Shown here: positions 24,576-37,672 of the stretch, in pieces
Position numbering within the stretch: the stretch's first letter is position 1
Layout: every line of letters begins with the position of its first letter
Assembly: GCF_018977255.1 (NCBI RefSeq)
Contig: NW_024704742.1
Span: forward strand, 71,240,001-71,304,000
DNA from: Callorhinchus milii
Lineage: Eukaryota
Length of the DNA stretch: 64,000 bases
Reading direction: 5' to 3'
Program-made: the position numbers and the translations under genes
Notes under the pieces: generated by a model
The model's input: the letters and a program-made list of their open reading frames with translations, nothing else
What the model was told of the DNA's origin: nothing
Database searches by the model: none

Positions 24576-26465
24576 TATTTAGAAGGAAGATACAATTATA
24601 ATAACTATCATTATTATATAGTAAGTATATTCTTTGAAGTGCTTTGAGACGTCTTGAAAACGTGATGAAAATGTTATGATAATAATCCTCGCATGTGCAT
24701 CTGATATACCGCCTTATCATGTCTTTGAGATGTCTCAAAACGCTTCACAGAATGTACTGCAAATTTTGTGGGTGAAACGCGGCTGCCGGGGAATCTAACC
24801 CAGGTCCTCGCTTGCAAGGCGAGCATGCTAACCACTGTTACAGGACTCCATGAGCAAAAGAGAATTTAGGGATATGGAAAAAACAAAAAGGCGAGGCAAG
24901 GAGATTAAATGGTCTGCTGTTGTCTAATAAACTGGGAGATCAGGCTGGGTGGGCTGAATGCTAGCATCCTGTCCCTGTGCCATGGGAGTGACATGGACTG
25001 AGCTGTATCTGGCCGTCCATCTCACTGATAACATTACACAAAGGCAACAATGAAGCTCTTAAGGTCAAGTTACACACGTTAACAATACAGCATTGTTTTC
25101 CTCTCTCCCCGCACCCCCACCCCACTAACCCTCCCCCCACCTAATCACTCAGGACACCCTGAACACAAACTCATCGCTTCCCATTCTGAGACAAGGGAAA
25201 TCCCAATTAACCACTCAATCCCCGGTATAACAAAGGCTCAACAAGCTTTGCATTTAATACTGATAAAACTGGGGAGGGCATTTCTCCCGATCCCTGGTAC
25301 CACCAGATATTCCAGGTTAATCTTGGCAACAGTTAAAATATACAAACAACAAAAACAAGCCTATTTCCAGTGAAGTTTGAATCCTATACTCCACCCACCC
25401 AACCTATACACCCACACACACACACGCACGCGCACACGCGCACACACACACACACACTCGTCTGGGCTGAGGATTGGGTCTGTACAGAAATAAAGGTCTG
25501 GAAATGCAACAACAATGAACAGCATTGAACTTTGTAGAGGACAATCAGGAGTGATGCTGCACGTGGCCACAGAACACAGAAGGTCCAGTCAACCCTGAAG
25601 CTTTAAGAATGAGCGCTGCAAACATTTGTGAGAACCGGAGCGATGGCACTGTTCTGCTCTGCTCCAATCACTGGGCTTCCTTTAGTCACCAAAAGGATCG
25701 AACGACCCAGTCTTTAATGACGGGGCCTGAGCGACCCTCCTCCCAGATCAGCAGCCTCTGCTGCTCACTACAGCTGCCGTGGGGGTGGGGTGTTGGGTAA
25801 AACACATCGCCTGAAGCCCACTGACCCAGGACCTCTCGCAGACATGAGACGCAGCTTTTCAAACACTGGGTCCCGGTGCCCTGTAACCTTCTACTGAGAA
25901 TCCTCCACTTTCCTGAGGTTGTCCCATAGAGCCCACCAAAGTCCGAGGCAGAGCACAGTCCATCTCTGGAAATGCCATTCACACTGGAGGTTGGTGGTTT
26001 TGTTGCATGCTCAGATTTGCTGTGACAGCAGAGTACACAAGAACAGTGGACAGAGCGCTGGGGACGAACTCTGATCTCCCTGTGGTACTCCAGAGGCTCA
26101 GACATCACAGCACTGACAAGCTGCAAGTACGTCTCAGAGCGCTTCACAGAGACGGTGTCAATCACTGAGCACATGAGAAGCAAGCGGGAGTCTTTTCTCC
26201 CTCTCCTTTCCCCCCTACACATGCTCCCATTCCTGGAAGAGCATCGGGGGGATTTACAGAACTGCAGATGATCGGCTGCCAGAATCGCACATTGTGGCCT
26301 GTGATAGAGTGAGAGAGCAAGAATGCTGGTGCAATAACAAGCCAATGTGAAAAGACTTCACCTTCATCTGGATCTGAATTCTTGCCCGAGAACGAAACAA
26401 GTTAAATGAAAGATATATTACAAGATGCGTCCGCTGCGGGGAGGGGGAGAACATCCGGGCGTGCG

Positions 26466-27040
26466 TTAGATTGAGGTCTCGTCCTGACACGATATGATGG
26501 AGATGGTGCCCCGCGTTGGCATCCCATTGGCTTCTGTTCCCATGTGGCTGAAAGCTCCTTCCTTCTCCCCAGTCCCATTCATACCCGGTCCATTCCTCAC
26601 ACCAACTGCCAGAGGACGGATCTCATCTGAGGAGGCCTGGCATGGCTTCTCTCTCTCTGCCTGTCTCCTGGACCTAAATCTCAGCCCTATTTTGTTCTTG
26701 AAGTAACAGAAGAGGAGACTGAGGATGAAGCCAGCACAAAGAACGACAAACATTAGTAAGTAGGTGAGGCCGGTGTGGCTCATACGGGAATCATGTGAAG
26801 CGGGCAGCTCTAAGCTGTAGGAGATGGAGTGAACCTCCACCTCACCCTCCACACACCGGCACTTGTACTCTCCCAGACTGTCCTTCGTAACAGTAACCTG
26901 AAGCCCATGACCCTTGAGTTCGTTGCTCAAGGATCCAGGTGGGGTTGTCCACTGGCACAGGGACCAGGCGGACACAGGTACACAAGGTAGAAAGACCGTG
27001 CTACCATTCACCATGTGGAGCACTTTTGTCTGCGGAGAAT
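26466..27040 (-). CDS. SEMA4F: SEMA4F last exon: Ig-like domain, transmembrane helix, cytoplasmic tail with PDZ-binding motif
   Basis: VFLPCVPVSAWSLCQW...GEYKCRCVEG; TM LTYLLMFVVLCAGFILSLLFCYF; ends CQDETSI* (human SEMA4F ends CDETSI). Confidence 0.92.
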
Positions 27041-27699
27041 CTGCAAAGCAAAGAGTTAGCGTCAGGTTTTGCTTTCGAGACAATCGGACAAGAGGACATA
27101 ATTGCAAAGGACAATTTCAGGACAGACATTTCTTTACACAGAGGGTAATTAATGACTGGCACATGGTTGCCAGGAAGGGTGGTTGAGGCCAGAATACTGT
27201 AAAAGTGTACTAACTGTTTTTTGTGGATGAACAATGGCAGCCAATTTGTTCACTGCAACATCCCACAAACAGCTGTGAAGTCTAAAGCGCTCTAAGAAAT
27301 CCTTCCGTGAAAGGTGCTATATAAATTAAAATTGTATTGCATGAAGTAAATGACTAGTCTTATCTGGGGATTGTTGGCCAGGACTTAAGGAGAGAGAAAC
27401 TCCCTTCTCTTCTTGAATAGCGCCACACGTTCTTTGACGTCCACTTGAACAGTTAAGCATCTCATCCATAGGACAGCACCTCCAACAATTCAGCGTTCCC
27501 CAGTACTGCACTGGAGTGTCAGCATCGACTTTATGAGCCTAAAATCCCAATGTAGAGCTTCAACTCACACCTTCTGACTTGGAGACAAGTGCACTACTGA
27601 CTGAGCCAGGCCCGTCAAAGGTGAAAGGGTGAAGGTTGAAAATGCAGTATGTATGTTCACACACACAATCACACACACACACTCTTCACCTACACACAC

Positions 27700-27752
27700 C
27701 TTTAGATTGCAGACACAAGATTTTCTGAGCGGGATCGTACTGCAGGAACTCT
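27700..27752 (-). CDS. SEMA4F: SEMA4F exon 13
   Basis: EFLQYDPAQKILCLQSK; phases fit both neighbouring exons. Confidence 0.8.
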
Positions 27753-27788
27753 CTGTGAGGAGAAAACAAATCTGGTTTTAGTGTGAGA

Positions 27789-28152
27789 ATAATAATAATC
27801 CCTGCATTTGATATGGTGCCTTATTACGTCGTTGAGATGTCTCAAAGCGCTTCAGAATATATTGTAAAGTGAATTGACTGTATTTTGTGGGCGAAAACTG
27901 GCAGCCAATTGCATACAGCAGTGTCCCACAAACAGTCGTGGATTAAGTGACCAAATTATTATTATTTTATTTGAGTGATTATTATCCCCGGAAACGATCA
28001 GCCAATAGTTTAACAACCCGTCCTCCTACTTACTGCTGGGTAAACAGAGGTGTGAGTAAGGAAACTTGCCTAAAGTTTCGCCACGTCCAGGAATTGAACT
28101 CAGATCCTCTCACTTGCGAAGTGAGGACTCTAACCAATGAGCTACAGGACTA
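27789..28152 (-). mobile_element. tRNA-Ala-derived SINE
   Basis: Full head, body and tail. Confidence 0.85.
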
Positions 28153-28270
28153 CATGGTAATGAACAGCAGCCTAACAAGCCTCTGAGTGAAGAGATTCTC
28201 TTTTCAGCCCCCCCACTCACCCCAATTTTTCAGTGAACAAGTGTCCAGCATGTGTGTCACAAGCACTTAC

Positions 28271-28434
28271 CCCTCAGTCGGGCGCTTCCCAGATTCCATA
28301 CACTCGCCTTGTCCCTCGTTCCATCCGCAGGTTGGGTCGCGGGCCAGGACACATGCCTGACAGCTGGAGTACCTGCCGCAGGTGGCAGCAGGGAGCTGAA
28401 CCACCCCACTTGAGGCACCCACGTACACAAAATC
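28271..28434 (-). CDS. SEMA4F: SEMA4F exon 12 (PSI domain)
   Basis: DFVYVGASSGVVQLPAATCGRYSSCQACVLARDPTCGWN. Confidence 0.93.
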
Positions 28435-29588
28435 CTGAAAAAAAATCAGCCTTGTATTTACTGACTGTGTTACTACTACCTGCCCTGCCACATTCACAAG
28501 GCAACAAGATGCCGACTTATCACAGGACCGCAGAGGGTTATCAAGTATTCCCACCCGACCTCCTCGCATTACAGTGTCCAGCTCTTTCTCAAATGAGTCC
28601 CACTGTAACACAATAGCCACAAACACCTGTCCTGGTAACCCCAGGAGAGGTATGAGAGGAAAGGCGGAAGGGGGTGGGGTGCAGGGTCCAGCGGCTGATC
28701 CACTCCCCCTCTGTGGGAAGAAATACACACACACAAACTTACACCTTTTATTGTTTGGCCACATGGGATTCTCTATTACAAACTACAGACAGTCTACACA
28801 CTCTTTTGAAAGGGATTCAGGTGCTTGAAAAGGAGCATTAAAGTGTGTTTGTGTATGGGGGGAGGCAGGAGTGGAATAAAATTGTGGGAGGGGCTCATGT
28901 GGAAAAAAGCACAAGTACTGCGCCTTTGGTAACCTTCCTACACCCACCCTCCCTGCCCTCCACCCCTCCTCCCAATCCCCAGATTGGGTGCAAATCCTTG
29001 ACTGTCCATCGCCTTGGAACATCCTCCAGTCATGAAAGGCACTATACAAATGTAAGTTCACCTTAGATCTTGATTCTACAGTAATATCAATGTCTCTCGA
29101 TCCTATAGTGAACCATAGTCTAGATTCTAGTCTGGGCTGAACAGTTTGTTGTTCCAAAACATTCTGCGCTGAGTCACAAGAGGTAAAACAGATCTCGAAT
29201 CGTGCCAGACTCTCAGCCCTCAAACCTGAAGCAAATATGTGAAGTTTATCCTACTTAGGGGGGGAAGGTAGGTGGGGTCCCCTCAGGGCTGAACTTGCTC
29301 CAAGGTGGACATGCTTGCAACAGACTTTCAGAATCGAGCCCAGCCTCTGTGACGGTCTCTCGTCAGGTTCCTGAGCCAGGCAGGTTCACTGTATCCAGGG
29401 CACTGCTGATGACAGCACAGCCCAGCCTGGCTCATCGGCAGGACCTGGAAGGGCAGACCAGTCACTGGGGGCAGGGAATCCTCCCACTCCGCTCCTGTTA
29501 ACCCTTCAAACCAAAGCCCTAATGGGTAGGGTGTTCCTAGCTGGACAAGCTTGCCACACAGAAGATGTGAAGTGCAAGCACTCAGTAC

Positions 29589-29698
29589 CTTTTCCAGAGC
29601 GATGCTCAGGACCTTCTGACCGTCACTGAAGACGACGTTGTCCTCTATCACGTGGGCCTGGGCACCGTCGCTCACAGCCTTGTGCAGGTGTCCAGAGC
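29589..29698 (-). CDS. SEMA4F: SEMA4F exon 11
   Basis: GSGHLHKAVSDGAQAHVIEDNVVFSDGQKVLSIALEK. Confidence 0.92.
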
Positions 29699-30351
29699 CT
29701 GTCCACAAAACACAGAATACGTCACAGGCTTCCCACCACATACCCCAAGGCAATCCACACACCACCCCAACTCATCCCAGCCCTCATATTACACCCAGTC
29801 TCAGCCTCCAACATTATTTTTGGAATCCCGGCTCTTGGGCAGAAACCATTGGAAGCTTACAGGAGGATGGGCTTCAGAGGGCTGGCCACATGCCTTCTAT
29901 GTCTAGGATCTATCTAGAAATCTCTGGGATTTCCATGTGTAGGTGGGATACATGGAATTCTCAGTTTGGTTTACATACTCTTAAACATGGTGATGGACTT
30001 CCGCAGGTGTCAGACACCCAGCTGACCCCCCACGCAAAGAAAATTGCCTTTTGGGTTCTCTTCCGTGGTCTACATTCCCTCTCCTCACTGTGTCGATATT
30101 CCCTGACTCATGCACAAGCCACCTGTCATCTTGGCCCATGTCTCAGTTTGCTGTCTCATCCAAAGGAGGGCAATTTCAGCAGTGCCGTGCTCCCCCCAGC
30201 TCCACACTGTGAGCAAAAAGTTCCAATGTGGGGTGGGGGGGGGGCTCCAACCCACAACCTTTTGCCCCAGAGGCGAGAGAGCTAGCAACTGTGATTGGCT
30301 GACACAGTAGGCTTAGGCCCAAGAGGAGTTTGGGGCCTTCACTTGACTCAC

Positions 30352-30571
30352 CTGTGCCTAGGTAAAAGACGTCAGTGCTCCTGCCATTGGTGGTATTGAC
30401 TCTGCGAACTACGATCTTGGAGTAGAGGGTGTCTCTCATCACAAGGAGAGCCCGGTTTCCAATTGGCTTCACCTTCTGCTCCATCAGCGGGTGGTCTCGA
30501 ATGAAGGTCAGCACTGCGTCCGACAGGTTCATGGATGAAAACCCATTCTTACTGAGCTCCTTGCTGATGCA
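30352..30571 (-). CDS. SEMA4F: SEMA4F exon 10
   Basis: CISKELSKNGFSSMNLSDAVLTFIRDHPLM...DVFYLGT. Confidence 0.94.
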
Positions 30572-30624
30572 CTAAAGAGTTACGGGGAGGCGGGGGGAAG
30601 ATCAATTTACATCGTCCAAACCAG

Positions 30625-31388
30625 TGTCTTGCGTCTTGCTAAGCGAGTCCGGAATCTTGGGGTCTTGTCTGACCCTCAACTATCTTTTCTACCCCACATA
30701 TGTGCCATGACCCACTCTGCCTTCCCCCACCTCCGCAATGTCGCCCGGCTCCGACATTGTGTCACACCGCAGGCTGCTGAAACCCTCATACAGGCCTTCA
30801 TTACATCGAGACTCGACTATGCAAATTCACTGCTTGGCCTCCCCAACCCCTCCCTCCACTCAGGCTGAAGATCATCCAGAACTTTGCAGCCCGTGTCCTC
30901 TCCCGCACTAGGATCCGCAACCCTATCACGCCCATCCTTACCCAACTCCACTGGCTTCCCATCACACAGAGGATACAGTTCAAGATCCTGATCCTCACCT
31001 TTAAAGCCCTCCACGGTCTTGCTCCCCCCTACCTCTGCGACTTCCTAACCCCCTACCACCCTGTTCGCTCCCTCCGCTCAGCGGGCTCCAGCCTGCTTCA
31101 CGTCCCCCGCCTTGCTCGCACCACTATCAGCGGGTGGGCCTTCCACCACTCTTCACCTACCCTCTGGAACTCCATCTCGCAGTCCCTCCGTCTCGCCCCC
31201 TCCCTCACCACCTTCAAGAGCCACCTCAAGACCCTCCTCTTCGACTATGCTTTTGATCTCCCTGCTTACCCACCGCCCTCCACCCTCCCCCACCCCGACC
31301 CTCAGCTCGGGTCCGTAACTGTCTGTCCAGCATCTTGGGATGTCCTCCCGACGTGAAAGGCGCTATACAATGTAATTTTGTTGTTGTG
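30625..31388 (+). mobile_element. L2-clade LINE 3' fragment
   Basis: VRNLGVLSDPQLSF...SRLDYANSLL; (TTG)n tail. Confidence 0.9.
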
Positions 31389-31908
31389 TCACAGGCAGTC
31401 ATCAGGTCAAATCTTACTGTATTTCTCTTGCTCTGGCAGACTCAGGCTCTCCCCCGAGCCAGTGCACAGTGTCACTGACTACATGTATCTTCTGATGTTC
31501 CTCCAGCTCCCTCACACTGTTGAACCTCAGTAACTCTTCCAAATTTAAAAATATATCAAAGAAGAAAGACGAGCAAGAGTTTGGAAGCTGATTTTCCTGA
31601 TAGTAAATCTACGTTAAATCTCCCTCAACACTTGACCATTCCATTCTGGTCTGATAATATAACAACAACATATAATTACATTTGTATAGCGCCTTTCATG
31701 TTGGGAGGATAATGTGTGCTCTTGGTACTGGCATTAATGACAACATAATGTGCTCGGCAGCAGAGCAAGTGACACATTATCCATGATTGAGGCAGTGAGT
31801 AGGAGGGAGGAACCGGTGAGCTGTTACTCTGTGTCCCATTCTCCAGCTGTTTGAGGTACAGCTTCTTGTGGAATGAAGATGGGTTTGTTGTGTGGATCCT
31901 GCACTTAC

Positions 31909-32053
31909 TGAGCCAGGCCTCGGTTCAGGAATCTTCCCTGAGAAGGCGGTCCATTTGCAGGAGGCCCTGTTATAATCCTTAAACTTGCCCTGGAGGACTC
32001 TGTGGATGGACTGGGTGGTATAGGCACACACTGCGGACACACTGCGGTCGTCC
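31909..32053 (-). CDS. SEMA4F: SEMA4F exon 9
   Basis: DDRSVSAVCAYTTQSIHRVLQGKFKDY...IPEPRPGS. Confidence 0.93.
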
Positions 32054-32159
32054 CTAGAGTAATAAAAATATTGTTGAAGAGTCTCTGTTTGTGAAGGGGC
32101 TTTATGCAGTGAGAGACTAAGGTAATGACATTTACATAGAACAATGGATTGACAAAGAA

Positions 32160-32605
32160 CACAACAGATTTACCAGAATGATACCAGAGATGAAGGACTT
32201 CAGTTATGTGAACAGACTAGACTGGGATTCTTCTTCTTGAGGGGAGTTTTAATGGACGTATTCAAAATTATGAGTATATAGGGAGAAACTGTGCCCTTTG
32301 GTGGGTGGGTCGATAACCAGAAGTCACAGATTTAAGAAAATTGGAAAAAGAACCAGAGGAGTGATGAGAATTTTTTTTCACCTGGAGAGTTATCACAGTC
32401 TGGAATGCACTGCCTGAAAGGGTGGTGGAAACAGATTCAATAATAGCTTCAAAAAGGAATAGATTGGTACTTAAAAAGGAAAAATTTGCAGACCTATTGG
32501 GTAAGAGCGAGAGAGTGGGACTAGTTGGTAGCTCTTTCAATGAAACGGCACAGGCACATTGGCTCGAATGGCCTCCTTCTGTGTTGGAAGATTCTATGAT
32601 TCTAC
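32160..32605 (+). mobile_element. CR1-clade LINE 3' fragment
   Basis: TTTACCAGAATGATACCAG...TGGAATGCACTGCCTG, ending in ATTCTATGATTCTA; sister copy at 53455-53872. Confidence 0.8.
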
Positions 32606-34727
32606 AACAGCACAGAATTCTTCAACTCACAAGTGACTTCAAGTTGGGGGGCGTTAACCCACAAACCTTCTGGTCCAGATGTAAGAACACTACCGACTGA
32701 GCCAAAGCTGACTGCTGAAGAAAGCTCTCCCTTATGTGTGTGTGCTGTTCAACACTGAGACATTGAGACAATAACAATAATTCTTGTATTTGATACAACA
32801 CCTTATTATGTCGTTGAGACCTCTCAAAGCACTTCACAGGATATATTGTAAAGTGGATTGACTGCATTTTGTGGGTGAAACGCACCAGCCAACTGCGCAC
32901 AGCGGTGTCCCACAAACAGTCGTGAATTGAGTAATCACATTTTTGGACAACTGGCAGACTGAGAAATAATGGATTGAAGGATTCTACGAAACATTGAGTG
33001 GCTATGATAATGTGGGGGGGAGGAGAGGGGAGGGAGAGATTTGCTGGAAACCAGTGTAGACTGCAAACCAGTCAGACCAAACTAATTGGGAGGAAATGCC
33101 AATTCCTATTTATTCGTGGATGGTGAACAAACTAGGAAGTGTTCTGCATGTATTATGAGTGTCACTGGGGATTTTAATTCCTCGGGAGTTTGTATGTTCC
33201 TCCATTGGTTCTTCTTTTTAACCAGTGAATTAATTTGCACACATGAAGCCGGACAGAGAAACCAGTCATTGAGAAGAAGTTTCAGCCACACTGGCATCAT
33301 ATGAAAGTGGATCTGCAGTTCGGACTGATTCCAGTATGACTACTACCTGCTTGGTGACTTCCTGATTACAGCCAGGGTTACAGGACTCTCTGTGTTTAGC
33401 AGAGTCATAGACAAAGCTGTGGCTCAAGGGATCCTACACTCGAACATAGAACAACCACACCTTGCTCTTGTCATAAGAAAAAGAAGAATACATACATTCG
33501 ATACAGTGCACATTTCACATCAGGAAGGTGTCTCTAACCACTTCAAAGGTCTTATTGTAAAGTGTAGTGACTATTATAGATGAACGTGGCAGCCAGTTTG
33601 CACATAGTCCCACAAATAGCCCTGAAGTGAATGACCAATTTTATCTGGGGATTGTAGGCTAGGACAACACAATCGTGTCAGTTTAGCTCAGCATTAGGAC
33701 CAAAGTTAACAGTGAGCACCACTATACACAACAACTTGCATTTATATAGCACCCTTCACCGAGGTAACGTCCCAGAGCACTTGACTGTCTAATACAGAGC
33801 CAGGGAGAGAGGGAGAGGGAACGTGACTAGCACGATTAAAAAGGAAGGTCTTTAGATGGGATTTGAAAGTGGGGAGGGAGGGGGAAAGGCAGAGAGATTG
33901 ATGGAGAGTTCCAGAGTTTTGTGGTGCAGTGGCTGAAGACATGCCCACCGATGGTGGAGTGGGGGGTAAGCAGGTCGGAAAGGGAGGGAGATATGAGGGC
34001 ATGAAGGGATTTGAAACCAAGTGAGAGGATCTTGAAATAGATCCATTTGGTAATTGAGAGCCAGTGGAGCCCGGCAAGGACTGGTGTGATGGGGATACAG
34101 AGTTTAGTGCGGGTGAGTATCCGGTGGCGGAGTTTTGAATTAATTGTATTTTGTGTCTGGTGGAGCTGGCCAGACCAGCGAGGAGGGCATTGGAATAGTC
34201 CAGCCGGGAAGTGACGATGGTGTGGACAAAGGTTTTGGCTGCGTTGTTGTGAGGTATGGATGGAGGCGTGCAATATGACGGAGGTGGATTGGCTCCAGCC
34301 TTCTGCAGGTCCCTCATGCCCTCCTTTCCACCATCAATGTCCGCGATTTCAACCACGAAAATCTGGAATACCCTTCCTGTATCCCTCCGCCTTGCCCCTT
34401 TCTTCCCCATCTTCAGGTCACGCCTTAAGACCTTCCTCTTCAACCGTGCCTATGCTCCCCCCTCCCCCTGGCTCGGCATCAGGCCCCACCACTGTCAAGC
34501 ACTCTGGAATGCTATATAAATGCAAGTTGCTGTTGTTGACATTGTAGCACTCTCCCCACACTGCAATGGAGCAATAGCTTAGACTATGTGAGATCAAATC
34601 CTGAAGAGGGTCTTAAACCACAACCTCTGGCTCAAGAATGCCACTTACACGTAGAAATTTGTGTTACTGGAATATGCACTCTCTCCCGGAGGGATGCATT
34701 CATCCTACCAGAGCATGATAGGCTCAT

Positions 34728-35053
34728 GGAGTCCTGTAGCTCAGTGGTTAGAGCACTCGCTTTGCAAGCGAGAGACCTGAGTTCAATTCCAGGCAGGTCA
34801 GGGCGAAACCTTGGGCAAGTTTCCTTACTCCACACGCCTAATAATAATCCCTCCAAAACCAAAAACAATAATAAAATTGGTCATTTTCAATCCATGACTG
34901 TTTGTGGGACATTGCTGTGCGCAATTGGCTGCCGCGTTCGCCCATAAATATACAGTCAATTCACTTTACAGTGTGTTCTGTGAAGCGCTTTGGGACATCC
35001 TCCCGACGTGAAAAGCGCTATATCAAATGCAAGGATTATTATTATTATTATTA
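34728..35053 (+). mobile_element. tRNA-Ala SINE, internally deleted subfamily
   Basis: Intact A/B boxes; central domain missing. Confidence 0.85.
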
Positions 35054-35186
35054 TGTTGTCGAGAACCAAGTGGTATGACTCCCAAACTCCAGCGACTAGT
35101 CTGCCCTTCCAAGTTCTAGAGGTGAGCCAGAAAAGTGTGGTGACCAAAGAACCTAGAACGATGCATGTGATTCAACGCTCGCTTAC

Positions 35187-35365
35187 CATCTGGCAGAGAA
35201 GACTCCGTAGAAGGTTATGGAAGTGTCGTCGCCTGTAGTAGCCTGCAGGGTGTAGACGTCCTGAACCTCGTCAAAAACCATCTTATCCCCGTGTGAGCAG
35301 TACAAGTGAGCTTTAAGGAATGTGGTCCATTTCTTCTGCAGCGTCTTCAGCCCCCCAAGGTCGCC
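35187..35365 (-). CDS. SEMA4F: SEMA4F exon 8
   Basis: GDLGGLKTLQKKWTTFLKAHLYCS...FYGVFSARW. Confidence 0.95.
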
Positions 35366-35381
35366 CTGCGGAATGTACGTC

Positions 35382-35412
<31 letters not shown>

Positions 35413-35462
35413 GTGAGAGCTCACGGACTACCCACAACATGATGCAAAACACCGACCAATCG

Positions 35463-35822
35463 ATAATAATAAGAATCCTTGCGTTTGATATAGCGCCTTA
35501 TCAGGTCTTCAAGACATCTCGAAAGCGCTTCACAGAATATACTATGACGTGAATTGACTGTATATTTTGTGGGTATCACGCGCAGCCAATTGTGCACACC
35601 AGTGTCTCACAAACGGTCATGAATTGAGTGACCAAATTCTTTTGGGGGTGGGAGAATTATTACCCACGGAAAGTGATCCACTAATCGACTAACAACCAGG
35701 TTCATTTCTTACTGCTAGGTAAACAGAGAGGTGTGAAGTAAAGAAACTTGCCTAATGTTTCACTCCACCCCAGAATCGAACCCAGGTCCTTTTGTTTGTG
35801 ATTCGAGTGCTCTAAGACTTCC
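35463..35822 (-). mobile_element. tRNA-Ala-derived SINE
   Basis: Body and tail match the other copies. Confidence 0.85.
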
Positions 35823-35921
35823 AACAATGCACAAGCAGAAGGGAGGAGATGGAGACCTCCTTAAGCAGCAAATCCAAAACCTACCCTTTTTAGAACACTT
35901 ATAACATCGTGTTGTGATTTT

Positions 35922-37137
35922 GATTCTCTGATAGCCTCATGCTACTCAGGGATACCATCGTCTAGAGGCAGGAGAGGGAGATGGACACCTGCCTGATCCA
36001 TCTTGATCAGGAAATGACTACATGTTCGAGATGCTCTCCAAACTGGGCTTTGGGGAGGGAATTTTGAACTGGATCCAGCTGGTCCAGAAACATCTGTAGC
36101 GCAGTCACAGTAAATGGATTTGAGATGAGGCATTCCCCATCAGGTCTGGAGTCAGGCAGGGGTGTCCCCTGTTCCCGGCTCTGTTTGTCTGTTGCATAGA
36201 GTCCTTTGCTCAGGCCATAAGGAGTGACAAAAGCATTAGAGGTGTCACCATCCCGGGCAGCCATGGCACACAAACCAAGAGACCCTATACATGGACAACG
36301 TCACTGTCTTTTGCTCAGACCAGCGCTTGTTCGGTCGTGAGTCTGCTGGGCATTTGCGACAGTTTTAAAAGGGCCTCAGAGGCCAAAGTAAACCGAAAAC
36401 CAAGGTCTTTGGTAACTGGCGTGACTGCATGTTTATCCCATTTGCAGTCAGGCAAATCCTCATCAAAATCCTTGGCATCTAGTTTGGGGCCACAGAGGCG
36501 TGGCCTAAAAGCTGAGAGGAGCATCTAGAGATGGTGAGGAAGAAACTGGGAATGTGGCACCAGCGCTCACTGTCCATCACCGGGAAAACCTGGTGATCAG
36601 GTGTGAGTCGCTATTGGTGTTGAGAAGAATGGGTTTGTCAGAACTGCCTCGGAATTCCACAGCCTGCTGGAGCCAAAACACCTATCCTACGTCGACAGGA
36701 TTATATCTCGCAGCATTCTTCTACACAGTGAGACTGACATTAAATACGCTTGGAGAATCATCAGAGAAGGTGGCCATTTTGGTTGTTGGTTTACTAGCAC
36801 AGTACCATGAAAGGGCCTGCTGCAGGCTCACGCACTCCACCATCAGGGACTACGTGCTTCGGGACACACTGAAGCGCGGCACAGCCGCAGCCACAGTCAG
36901 ATGGGGCCTGATCCCATCCAGAGCCGCTCCTACGCTGGCTGCGCTGACATCGGCCCTAAACCCCAACACGCCGGGGTCCCAACCCCGCAGAAACCGACAT
37001 CACTGTGTAGAAGAGCGTCCCCACAAAGAATGTAGTGTTTGCATCTGGATACAGATAACCAAATGTGCTTTTTGTGTTTATTGTGGCTTTTGTGGTACCA
37101 AATATATTTTCTAAATAAATATATATTTTCAAAAAAA
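35922..37137 (+). mobile_element. Decayed, internally deleted Tx1-clade (L1 superfamily) LINE ORF2
   Basis: Frameshifted RT: LLRDTI..HLDQE..FPIRSGVRQGCPLFPALFVCCIESFA..LYMDNV; C-terminus CCRLTHSTIRDYVLRDTLKRG; AATAAA and an A-tail at ~37113-37137. Confidence 0.85.
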
Positions 37138-37526
37138 GATTCGATATGTTGGCAAACGCAGCAGCCAATTGCACACAGCATGTCTTTGCGCACAACACAG
37201 AGAAACTCACTTCTCTTTTCGAACAGTACCATAAGATCTTTAACATCCACCGGAACAAGGACTTCGGTTTAATGTCTCATTCGAAGGACAGCACCTCCAA
37301 CAGGGCAACCACCCTCAGCACTGCACAGTAGTGTCAGCTTAAGACTATGTTATTCCAAGGACACAAGCAAGAAGACAGCCGGCGGACAAGCAGGTGGACA
37401 GAGCCGAACGAACGGAGGCAGCGGGTAGTGGGTTGAGGAGTAAGTAGGTGAGAGTGGTAGGGAGGTAGGTGCCAGGGCATACTAGGGGATCATCTCCCCC
37501 TCGGTTAGGAGGCTACAGCATCACAC

Positions 37527-37672
37527 CTTGCAAACGCGAGCCACACGTGGCACCCGCACTGGCAGGTAGAAGTCAAAATCTCTGGCTGTCTCCGTGAAGA
37601 AGAAATACAGCTTGTCATCGTCGTTGCTGCTCTCACTCTCTCTGATAAACGCTGATGCCACAAATGTAGGAT
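37527..37672 (-). CDS. SEMA4F: SEMA4F exon 7
   Basis: DPTFVASAFIRESESSNDDDKLYFFFTETARDFDFYLPVRVPRVARVCK. Confidence 0.95.

Noticed and set aside
25253..25258. ATTAAA (- strand) as the SEMA4F polyA signal
   Set aside because: Plausible, but other candidates exist; cannot be fixed without 3'-end data
25686..26345. 219-aa minus-strand ORF
   Set aside because: Lies in the SEMA4F 3' UTR, non-ATG start, no recognisable domain
33043..33336. Possible MITE with ~27-bp degenerate terminal inverted repeats
   Set aside because: Match too weak; no TSD or second copy seen
34728..34805. tRNA-Ala(CGC) genes (many similar copies)
   Set aside because: SINE heads: poor acceptor stem, and each runs into the SINE body
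36007..36524. Protein-like minus-strand ORFs
   Set aside because: Antisense shadows of the + strand Tx1 reverse transcriptase
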